From the NCBI GenBank assembly GCA_964019425.1, contig OZ025787.1:620001-684000 (forward strand): DNA of 64,000 nucleotides, written 5' to 3'. A model generated the notes under the pieces. It worked only from the letters and a program-made list of their open reading frames with translations, was not told where the DNA came from and made no database searches. The DNA comes from Flectonema sp. DT1601. Lineage: Eukaryota. The position numbers and the translations under genes were made by a program. This document shows, piece after piece, positions 27,601 to 39,700 of this stretch (positions are counted from its first letter, which is position 1; every line of letters begins with the position of its first letter).

Positions 27601-30600
27601 CTGATACAGCAACTCCAACTGTTGGCACAACGACATGGACTGCTGCTGATACAACAACTCCAACTGTTGGCACAACTACACAGACTGCTGCTGATACAGC
27701 AACTCCAACTGTTGGCACAACCACACAGACTGCTGTTGATACAGCAACTGCTGCTGTTGGCACAACTACACAGACTGCTGTTGATACAGCAACTTCAACT
27801 GTTGGCACAACTACACGGACTGCTGCTGATACAGCAACTCCTACTGTTGGCACAACCACACAGACTGCTGCTGATACAACAACTCCAACTGTTGGCACAA
27901 CCACACAGACTGCTGCTGATACAACAACTCCAACTGTTGGCACAACCACACAGACTGCTGCTGATACAGCAACTGTTAATACAGCAACTCCAACTGTTGG
28001 CACAACCACACGGACTGCTGCTGATACAACAACTCCAACTGTTGGCACAAGCACACAGACTGCTGCTGATACAGCAACTCCTACTGTTGGCACAACTACA
28101 CAGACTGCTGCTGATACAACAACTCCAACTGTTGGCACAACCACACAGACTGCTGCTGATACAGCAACTGTTAATACAGCAACTCCAACTGTTGGCACAA
28201 CCACACAGACTGCTGCTGATACAGCAACTGTTAATACAGCAACTCCAACTGTTGGCACAACTACACAGACTGCTGTTGATACAACAACTCCAACTGTTGG
28301 CACAACTACACAGACTGCTGTTGATACAACAACTCCAACTGTTGGCACAACTACACAGACTGCTGCTGATACAGCAACTGTTAATACAGCAACTCCAACT
28401 GTTGGCACAACTACACAGACTGCTGCTGATACAACAACTCCAACTGTTGGCACAACTACACAGACTGCTGTTGATACAACAACTCCAACTGTTGGCACAA
28501 CTACACAGACTGCTGCTGATACAACAACTCCAACTGTTGGCACAACTACACAGACTGCTGTTGATACAACAACTCCTACTGTTGGCACAACTACACAGAC
28601 TGCTGCTGATACAACAACTCCAACTGTTGGCACAACTACACAGACTGCTGTTGATACAACAACTCCAACTGTTGGCACAACTACACAGACTGCGGTTGAT
28701 ACAACAACTCCAACTGTTGGCACAACTACACAGACTGCTGTTGATACAACAACTCCTACTGTTGGCACAACTACACAGACTGCTGCTGATACAACAACTC
28801 CAACTGTTGGCACAACTACACAGACTGCTGTTGATACAGCAACTCCAACTGTTGGCACAACCACACAGACTGCTGTTAATACAGCAACTGTTAATACAGC
28901 AACTCCAAATGTTGGCACAACCACACAGACTGCTGTTAATACAGCAACTGTTAATACAGCAACTCCAACTGTTGGCACAACTACACAGACTGCTGCTGAT
29001 ACAGCAACTGTTAATACAGCAACTCCAACTGTTGGCACAACTACACAGACTGCTGCTGATACAACAACTCCAACTGTTGGCACAACTACACAGACTGCTG
29101 TTGATACAACAACTCCAACTGTTGGCACAACTACACAGACTGCTGTTGATACAACAACTCCAACTGTTGGCACAACTACACAGACTGCTGTTGATACAGC
29201 AACTCCTACTGTTGGCACAACTACACAGACTGCTGTTGATACAGCAACTCCAACTGTTGGCACAACTACACAGACTGCTGTTGATACAGCAACTCCAACT
29301 GTTGGCACAACCACACAGACTGCTGTTAATACAGCAACTGTTAATACAGCAACTCCAAATGTTGGCACAACCACACAGACTGCTGTTAATACAGCAACTG
29401 TTAATACAGCAACTCCAACTGTTGGCACAACTACACAGACTGCTGTTGATACAGCAACTCCAACTGTTGGCACAACTACACAGACTGCTGTTGATACAGC
29501 AACTCCAACTGTTGGCACAACTACACAGACTGCTGTTGATACAACAACTCCAACTGTTGGCACAACTACACAGACTGCTGTTGATACAGCAACTCCTACT
29601 GTTGGCACAACTACACAGACTGCTGTTGATACAACAACTCCAACTGTTGGCACAACTACACAGACTGCTGCTGATACAGCAACTCCTGCTGTTGGCACAA
29701 CCACACAGACTGCTGCTGATACAACAACTCCAACTGTTGGCACAACTACACAGACTGCTGCTGATACAGCAACTCCAACTGTTGGCACAACCACACAGAC
29801 TGCTGTTGATACAGCAACTGCTGCTGTTGGCACAACTACACAGACTGCTGTTGATACAGCAACTTCAACTGTTGGCACAACTACACGGACTGCTGCTGAT
29901 ACAACAACTCCTACTGTTGGCACAACCACACAGACTGCTGCTGATACAGCAACTCCAACTGTTGGCACAACGACATGGACTGCTGCTGATACAACAACTC
30001 CAACTGTTGGCACAACTACACAGACTGCTGCTGATACAGCAACTCCAACTGTTGGCACAACCACACAGACTGCTGTTGATACAGCAACTGCTGCTGTTGG
30101 CACAACTACACAGACTGCTGTTGATACAGCAACTTCAACTGTTGGCACAACTACACGGACTGCTGCTGATACAGCAACTCCTACTGTTGGCACAACCACA
30201 CAGACTGCTGCTGATACAACAACTCCAACTGTTGGCACAACCACACAGACTGCTGCTGATACAACAACTCCAACTGTTGGCACAACCACACAGACTGCTG
30301 CTGATACAGCAACTGTTAATACAGCAACTCCAACTGTTGGCACAACCACACGGACTGCTGCTGATACAACAACTCCAACTGTTGGCACAAGCACACAGAC
30401 TGCTGCTGATACAGCAACTCCTACTGTTGGCACAACTACACAGACTGCTGCTGATACAACAACTCCAACTGTTGGCACAACCACACAGACTGCTGCTGAT
30501 ACAGCAACTGTTAATACAGCAACTCCAACTGTTGGCACAACCACACAGACTGCTGCTGATACAGCAACTGTTAATACAGCAACTCCAACTGTTGGCACAA

Positions 30601-33600
30601 CTACACAGACTGCTGTTGATACAACAACTCCAACTGTTGGCACAACTACACAGACTGCTGTTGATACAACAACTCCAACTGTTGGCACAACTACACAGAC
30701 TGCTGCTGATACAGCAACTGTTAATACAGCAACTCCAACTGTTGGCACAACTACACAGACTGCTGCTGATACAACAACTCCAACTGTTGGCACAACTACA
30801 CAGACTGCTGTTGATACAACAACTCCAACTGTTGGCACAACTACACAGACTGCTGCTGATACAACAACTCCAACTGTTGGCACAACTACACAGACTGCTG
30901 TTGATACAACAACTCCTACTGTTGGCACAACTACACAGACTGCTGCTGATACAACAACTCCAACTGTTGGCACAACTACACAGACTGCTGTTGATACAAC
31001 AACTCCAACTGTTGGCACAACTACACAGACTGCGGTTGATACAACAACTCCAACTGTTGGCACAACTACACAGACTGCTGTTGATACAACAACTCCTACT
31101 GTTGGCACAACTACACAGACTGCTGCTGATACAACAACTCCAACTGTTGGCACAACTACACAGACTGCTGTTGATACAGCAACTCCAACTGTTGGCACAA
31201 CCACACAGACTGCTGTTAATACAGCAACTGTTAATACAGCAACTCCAAATGTTGGCACAACCACACAGACTGCTGTTAATACAGCAACTGTTAATACAGC
31301 AACTCCAACTGTTGGCACAACTACACAGACTGCTGCTGATACAGCAACTGTTAATACAGCAACTCCAACTGTTGGCACAACTACACAGACTGCTGCTGAT
31401 ACAACAACTCCAACTGTTGGCACAACTACACAGACTGCTGTTGATACAACAACTCCAACTGTTGGCACAACTACACAGACTGCTGTTGATACAACAACTC
31501 CAACTGTTGGCACAACTACACAGACTGCTGTTGATACAGCAACTCCTACTGTTGGCACAACTACACAGACTGCTGTTGATACAGCAACTCCAACTGTTGG
31601 CACAACTACACAGACTGCTGTTGATACAGCAACTCCAACTGTTGGCACAACCACACAGACTGCTGTTAATACAGCAACTGTTAATACAGCAACTCCAAAT
31701 GTTGGCACAACCACACAGACTGCTGTTAATACAGCAACTGTTAATACAGCAACTCCAACTGTTGGCACAACTACACAGACTGCTGTTGATACAGCAACTC
31801 CAACTGTTGGCACAACCACACAGACTGCTGCTGATACGGCAACTCCAACTGTTGGCACAACCACACAGACTGCTGTTAATACAGCAACTGTTAATACAGC
31901 AACTCCAACTGTTGGCACAACTACACAGACTGCTGTTGATACAGCAACTCCAACTGTTGGCACAACCACACAGACTGCTGCTGATACGGCAACTCCAACT
32001 GTTGGCACAACCACACAGACTGCTGTTAATACAGCAACTGTTAATACAGCAACTCCAACTGTTGGCACAACTACACAGACTGCTGTTGATACAGCAACTT
32101 CAACTGTTGGCACAACTGCACAGACTGCTGCTGATACAGCAACTCCTACTGTTGGCACAACCACACGGACTGCTGATGATACAACAACTCCAACTGTTGG
32201 CACAACTACACAGACTGCTGTTGATACAACAACTCCAACTGTTGGCACAACTACACAGACTGCTGTTGATACAGCAACTCCTACTGTTGGCACAACTACA
32301 CAGACTGCTGTTGATACAGCAACTCCAACTGTTGGCACAACTACACAGACTGCTGTTGATACAGCAACTCCAACTGTTGGCACAACTACACAGACTGCTG
32401 TTGATACAGCAACTCCAACTGTTGGCACAACCACACAGACTGCTGTTAAAACAGCAACTGTTAATACAGCAACTCCAAATGTTGGCACAACCACACAGAC
32501 TGCTGTTAATACAGCAACTGTTAATACAGCAACTCCAACTGTTGGCACAACTACACAGACTGCTGTTGATACAGCAACTCCAACTGTTGGCACAACCACA
32601 CAGACTGCTGCTGATACGGCAACTCCAACTGTTGGCACAACCACACAGACTGCTGTTAATACAGCAACTGTTAATACAGCAACTCCAACTGTTGGCACAA
32701 CTACACAGACTGCTGTTGATACAGCAACTTCAACTGTTGGCACAACTGCACAGACTGCTGCTGATACAGCAACTCCTACTGTTGGCACAACCACACGGAC
32801 TGCTGATGATACAACAACTCCAACTGTTGGCACAACTACACAGACTGCTGCTGATACAGCAACTCCTGCTGTTGGCACAACTACACAGACTGCTGCTGAC
32901 ACAGCAACTCCTACTGTTGATGGTACAAGGACCGCAGCTGCTGAAGCAACAGCTCCAACTGTTGGAACAACTACGCAGACTGCTGCTAGCACATTAACTA
33001 AAACTATTGCTGATGAAAAAACCCCAACTGCTGTAACAACTATAGTGACACCCAGTTTGATTACTACTCACTCGTTGTCTTCAGTTGTTAGCAGCACTGT
33101 AACTAATGATGGAGAGACATCGAATGGCAGCATCACATCATCTCTGCCAGCAACTGAATTAACATCAACAACGAGTAGCAGCATCACATGGACCGCTCCT
33201 CGCAGTATCAGCGCCACTACAGATATCACGAAAACGTTTTCTCGTAGTGTCACTAGTGATGCCACAATCACACCGATTGCGGATATTGCAACCGAGACAC
33301 TGACGATGGATGTTATCGTTGTGCGTGGTGTTTTCAACAGCGGGAACTGCATTACGTTTCTGTCCAGTGCGAAACTGATTGCAGATTTCGAAGACATAAC
33401 AAAAGAAGTTCTGAAAGTTGTGAAGGCTGCATTCTCATATGAGTGTGGGAGTGTAATATTTGAAGTCACTGTACCCCTTCGTAACCTTACTGAGAGTTCT
33501 CGATTGACGAAGCTGACCGAGAGCAAGGATTTTGAAAGTGAATTAGATTCGAAACTCCGAGAAACCAAAAACAGAGACTTACTAAACACTCTTGGATTAC

Positions 33601-33770
33601 TAACAAATGATATCCCAATCCCTACTCCGATGACTCCGACTGATGATCAGTTGGATACTTCTTTGATTATATTAGTAATTGTAGGTGGGGTCGTTGTGGT
33701 GACCCTCATCATTCTAATTCTGTGGAGATCGTATAGAAGGTCTCGTCGAAAAGCTCAATTACCAACTTAG
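24637..33770 (+). CDS. Subtilase-CUB-mucin copy 3; exons 24637-25840, 25906-33770 (3022 aa)
   Basis: Same architecture, intron and catalytic motifs as copy 1. Confidence 0.9.
26785..32990 (+). repeat. 45/60-nt coding minisatellite of copy 3, with a 2340-bp higher-order duplication
   Basis: Rare variants such as CGACATGGAC at 27631 and 29971 recur exactly 2340 bp apart. Confidence 0.95.
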
Positions 33771-35163
33771 AGACGAGCCGCTATGAAAAAGAATATAGAG
33801 TTCGTTAGTTTAGCATCTCATTTCAATCGCTCATATCTGTGACTCACTATCAGTCACTCATAATTAGTGGCAGACCTGCCAGTACTGTTTTTTTCTGCCT
33901 TTAAAAAGTATTGTAAGAGCCAAGAAATTTGACTACACACGTAAACCTGCTTAAGTCAGTTCACGGTTTCGTTGCACAAGCAAAAACCAAACATCGAATC
34001 ATTCTGTGTAGTCAGTTCTATTTTTTTATAATTATTATTTTTTATATTTGTGCATCTACGTGTTTTCTCCCTTTTCCTTTTCTCTAATCGAGCGTCAACT
34101 AAACCAAACTAACTTCTTTCTTTTAGGTGAAATCGGTTTCAAAAAGCAAAAACGTTTTGTATGTTCGTAAAGGGTTTTCTGATCTGACTAGCAGCCCTAT
34201 GTAAGTGATTCTTTAACCCCATTGTTGCCTCGGAATTACCAAACTAAATCAAAGGCTCAAAGGCTCAATTGTATTTTTATTTGTACCGCCGTATTCAGTT
34301 CGGAGACGAAACTATTCAGATTGAAAGCAGCCGTTATTTCTAATGGTTAAAGTTATTGATTTATTTTCCACCTTGTGACGAGATTCTGTCGTCGTTCAAC
34401 GAAATATCAGGCAATAATCTGAATAGTTTTTTTTTTTTAAATTTGTGACTCATTTTTTACGTGTGACGAAATAATCTTTTTTTTTGAGTTATCTGTGACA
34501 ACAAGTTATCTCAATTTCATCACACGCGTTAGAAAAAACTGATCTTCCCTGACTGTGGCTAACTGCCTAATATTCTTTTTATATTTTTCTTTTGTACCGA
34601 CGAAGTCGGAGAAGAAACTATTCAGATTGAAAGCCGTTATTTCTAATGGTCAAAGTTATTGATTTATTTTCCCGACAGGATTCTATCTGCGTTCAAGGAA
34701 ATATAACGATAGGGTTAATCTGAGGGTTTTTTTTGTTGCTCCCCAGTTTTTGTCGAACTGGAAGGCATTCTGACAGTGTCAGTTTGCAACAAAATCAAAC
34801 AAACAAAAATCTTTATTAGCTGTGTGTGAATCTTATTACTACTCAGCCAGTAGACAGAACCTACATCGTCAAGTCAGCTATCAATCGCTTCTCTCCCAAG
34901 TTATTTTTAGTCATATCGTAAATGACTTCTCAAGCGACGAATCTCTCTGTTCTCCGAGCTGTGCTATTGACTAAAAAGGTTTTTGTTCTCAACAAACAAC
35001 GTCTTCTGGTCAATGGGACAAAAAATGTAATTTTCCCTTTTATCTTTTTTTTTTTTCTAAACGTATCTTTTCTTTGATTAACGACTACGAATATTTTTTT
35101 TCAGTCAAATACTTGATATTAATCTTGTTTTTAATACCTAAAGTTGTTACTGTTTTTGTATTG

Positions 35164-36115
35164 GTCCGGCGCAGTTATGACCTTAAACTGACTGTCATCT
35201 TACCTGATCCTTTTGGTTTTCATTTCTTGCTGAGTGATATGGCTATGTGCTGCCCAAATCTTTTGTGGTACATTTCTAAAGCTTTTCGGTAAGCCCACAG
35301 TACACTTATAATGCTTGGACAACTGGGGGTGAACGATCCTCGGTACTGTTCCGGGGTTTTCTATTTTCTTTCGTGGAGTGTGGGCATATGGCACATGTGG
35401 TCGTATTATAAAGAAAGATGTATATGAAAGAAAGAAGATTTTTTATTTTTTTCACCTTCCCCCCACTCCCAGATCATTTCTCTTTTATTTTATTTAGTTG
35501 TTTACAACCTATTAGCCTCTGGGCAAGGTAGAGGTTGGAAGTCGATCACTTCCAGCCAATACTATGAAACTACAATCTTCGCGATTGGGTCCTTACTGAT
35601 GCGGGCTACCCAGACCCCTCGTAGTCATCAGTTTGTATTTTGCTAACTAACTAACACCCATGTGCCGAAAGAAGCGTCTTCGTTCGTCTGGCGGTGCCCC
35701 GAGTCTCGGACACCTCTATAGAGTACTGTCTGAGCATGAGTGGAACCTTTTTATTTTCTTATTATTCATCCCCCATAAACATAACTCAGCCCCACTCATT
35801 TTGTTGGTATTCCGCGTTCACTGATATATTTATATAGGGGGACTGTGTTAAATGGTGGAAGAAATAACCATGTTGACGTGGTTCCCTTGGCTGAGAAGGG
35901 CAAACGCGATGAGTAGGACAGGCCTGACACCGCAGTGTCCCCCTTACTTTCTTTCGCTGAAGAGGGCTGGGTAAGGGGAATGGTCCGAAGAAAGATTGTT
36001 TTTAATCTTAGCCCGAAACCAACTTGTTTGTTGTCCTACGAAATTTTGCCTTTTTTTTGATTAACTGTCACTGATAATTATTAATACTAACTAACTAACT
36101 TTTCTTTGATACTAA
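35164..36115 (+). mobile_element. 952-bp non-coding retroposon-like insertion with a (CTAA)n tail and a 97-bp target-site duplication (35067-35163 / 36116-36212)
   Basis: The flanking direct repeat is present only once in the paralogous spacer (~24062-24147). No convincing ORF. A hammerhead candidate lies near the 3' end. Confidence 0.8.
35940..36021 (+). ncRNA. Candidate non-circularly permuted hammerhead ribozyme
   Basis: CUGAAGA 35957-63; stem II 35964-71/36007-14; GAAA 36015-18; stem III UGG 35981-83/CCA 36019-21; GUC cleavage after 35985; stem I 35986-94/35947-56; extra helix 35940-47/35971-78. Confidence 0.75.
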
Positions 36116-36701
36116 CTTTTCTTTGATTAACGACTACGAATATTTTTTTCCAGTCAAGTACTTGATATTAATCTTGTTTTTAATACCTAAAGTTGTTACT
36201 GTTTTTGTATTGTCAAAGTTTCACCCCCAGTTTTTGGAAGGCATCCTGACAATAGCAGTTTGCAACAAAATCGAATGAACAAAAATCTTTGTTCGCTGTG
36301 TGTGAATCTTATTAGTAGACAAAACCTACATCGTCAAGTCAGCTATCAATAGTTTCTCTCCCCAGCTATTTTTATTCATATCGTAAATGACTTCTCAAGC
36401 GACGGATCTCTCTGTTCTCCGAGCTGTGCTATTGACTAAAAAGGTTTTGTTCTCAACAGACACGTATAGTGATGTGTTCATACAAATTGCAGGGACCAGT
36501 GTTACACTATAGTCATTTCTCTTTGAATTGATTTGGTATTGTTTCATTCATTTGCGAACTGTACATACAAATACTCTCACCATTACAGATTGATTAATTC
36601 ATGGTGTGGAATCTGATGACCAATGAGGTAAAAGTGTATAGTTAGTTTTATAATTTCAAAAAGTATTTTCTCACCAGGACAGTCATCACTATCCATAGAG
36701 A

Positions 36702-39700
36702 ATGCGATGTTTACTCCAATTGATAATCGTATTACTAATAGTACCGTATTCGGTGAACGGAGAAAATAGTGTCGGTAGGTGGATTATACTTGTGCGGCAG
36801 GGGAGTGATGAAGACGCAGTGGACAGACTGAAGATGGAACTGAAAGGGAAGTTAAGAAAAGAGTTCTTTATTGGGAGAAATAGAATATTGAGAGCTGTGA
36901 TGTCTTCTGAAGAATCTGAACAACTTTATCACGACTTCAATGAAGAAATTGAATCAATAGAATACGACGCCCAAGTTCGCGTTGCATCACTGACTTGCGG
37001 AGATGAACAATCAACATCTTCTACTTCCTGGGGGATTCGTTCTGCGACTTCGAATACAGTTGATGGTGGGGTACCTTCGACTTTTAGATATAATCAGTCA
37101 TGGGGTCAGGATATTGATGTTTATGTTTTAGATTCGGGTGTTGATTGTTCTCACAGTGAGTTAACTAATTGTGAATTCGGAACAATCACATCGGAAGCTA
37201 CCACTAGTGACGATATCGTCGGGCACGGAACTCACGTTGCTGGAACCATCGCTGGTCAAGATCAGGGGATCAGTAGATCTACAAATATAATCTCTGTTAA
37301 GGTTATGAATGATAATGGTGGTGGTAGTGTTGGTGACATTGCAGAAGGGATCACCTGGGCTATCGATCAGGTTAAACTAAAAACCAGAAGAGCAATTATT
37401 CACATGTCTTTGGAAGCTCCCAAATCAGCAATACTTGACAACTCTGTAAACGCTGCATCTGATGAAGGGATAGTTGTAGTTACAGCTGCTGGTAATGGAG
37501 GTATAGATGCCTGTAATGTCAGTCCAGGGTCAGCTGTGGAAAGTATTAACGTTGGTAATGCTGGTATTAAAGAAAGCCCTGGAGGAACTTTTCAATATTA
37601 TATATCCGGAACTTCCAATTGGGGTTCCTGTATTGATGTATTCGGACCTGGTGAGTTTATCACCTCCGCGAAATCGAATACGATCGATTCCGAATCCACT
37701 TTGTCTGGTACTTCCATGGCCGCCCCTCATGTCACTGGTGCTGTTGCTGCGTATCTCTCTGACAATCCAACAGCCAGCGTTCAGGAAGCTAAGAACTTCG
37801 TTATTGGTAATTCAGTTATTCGTTCAATTGCTGATGTTGGTATCACCACTACGAAGAAATTCCTTAATATTCCTTGTGATGGTATGTCTGGTTGCTGTTT
37901 TATTGAAGCAAGGTGACTTTATAAATTATTATAAATTAACAAACAGGATCGATACAGGAGAATCCTGTAGGGTACTTAGCCACTGAAAACAACTGTTTTG
38001 AAGATTACGAACTTTTTGAAACTGCAACCGGAGCGATTGACTGGCCTACGGCGGACGACGTGTACCCAGATAGCCATGAAAAGTGTTGGAAGATATTATG
38101 TGAAGGTGAGAGTAGTTATCTTCTATTTCAATGGCAGTTGTATGATATTGAGAGGTTAACTGATTATCTGTTTATAGGAAACAAAGCCTATGTTGATGAA
38201 CCTGCTGCTGATTTTTATTTTGAAGGATCTCAAGTACTAAGGTTTACATCAAATCGAAACTCGTTTCGTCCGCACAAAGGGTTTAGTTTAACATATTCGT
38301 GTTCAACTCAATTTGCCACACCTCTTCCTACACAAACAGCTTGTACACAATTAGAAGCAGGTCGAAGTACTAGTACTTTTGCTTATCCAAGTGAGGGTAA
38401 TTATGAGAACAACCTTGATGTTTGTTTTCAAATTGACTGTTCTGGTGGTCAGGTTGTTGCTCATTTTAACTACATAGATGTGGAGTTGGGTTCTGATTTC
38501 TTTTACATCTATTCAAATAGTCCGAATTCTCATAATAGATTTACCGGGCCTCGCAATGCATTTGATGCAACTTATTATGATTATTTAACTATGAAACTTA
38601 CGTCTGATTCATCCGTACGGAAAAGAGGATTCTCTATCAGATATTCTTGTTCTTACACCAATACGCTTACAGTTGGGCCCGAGTTACCTCAAGCACAACG
38701 TAACACTCACACGATACCTATCGTTACTGATACTTCATCAACAACGAGTGACATCATTACATCAACTCTGACAGCTGAAGAATTTACAGCAACGCCGAGT
38801 AGCACAACTACTTCAACTGTTGCTGAAACAGCTACGGAGACTGCTGCTGATACAACAACTCGGACCGTTGGCACAACGACACGGACTGCTACTGATACAG
38901 CAACTCCAACTGTTGCTGATACAAGCACACGGACTGATGTTGATACAACAACTCCTACTGTTGGCACAACTACACAGACTGCTGTTGATACAGCAACCCC
39001 AACTGTTGGCACAACTACTCAGACTGCTGCTGACACACCTGTTGGCGCAACTACGCAGACTGCTGCTGATACAACAACCCCAACTGTTGACACTGCAACC
39101 CCAACTGTTGGCACAGCTACGCAGACTGCTGCTGACACAACTGTTGGCACAACTACGCAGACTGCTGCTGATACAACAACCCCAACTGTTGACACTGCAA
39201 CCCCAACTGTTGGCACAGCTACGCAGACTGCTGCTGACACAACTGTTGGCACAACTACGCAGACTGCTGCTGATACAACAACCCCAACTGTTGACACTGC
39301 AACCCCAACTGTTGGCACAGCTACGCAGACTGCTGCTGACACAACTGTTGACACTGCAACCCCAACTGTTGGCACAGCTACGCAGACTGCTGCTGACACA
39401 ACTGTTGGCACAACTACGCAGACTGCTGCTGATACAACAACCGCAACCGTTGACACTACAACTCAGATTGTTGGCACAACTACTCAGACTGCTGCTGACA
39501 CAACTGTTGACACTGCAACCCCAACTGTTGGCACAACTACGCAGACTGCTGCTGATACAACAACCGCAACCGTTGACACTACAACTCAGATTGTTGGCAC
39601 AACTACTCAGACTGCTGCTGACACAACTGTTGACACTGCAACCCCAACTGTTGGCACAACTACGCAGACTGCTGCTGACACAACTGTTGGCACAACTACG

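Noticed and set aside
17960..32990. Regular 45-nt repeats as a CRISPR-like array
   Set aside because: There are no unique spacers and no cas genes, and the repeats are in-frame coding sequence of a eukaryotic gene.
35560..35635. Possible third hammerhead (GAAACTAC ... CTGATGC ... GTAGTC)
   Set aside because: The core reads CUGAUGC, stems I and II cannot be formed consistently, and CTGATG/CATCAG forms a simple hairpin instead.
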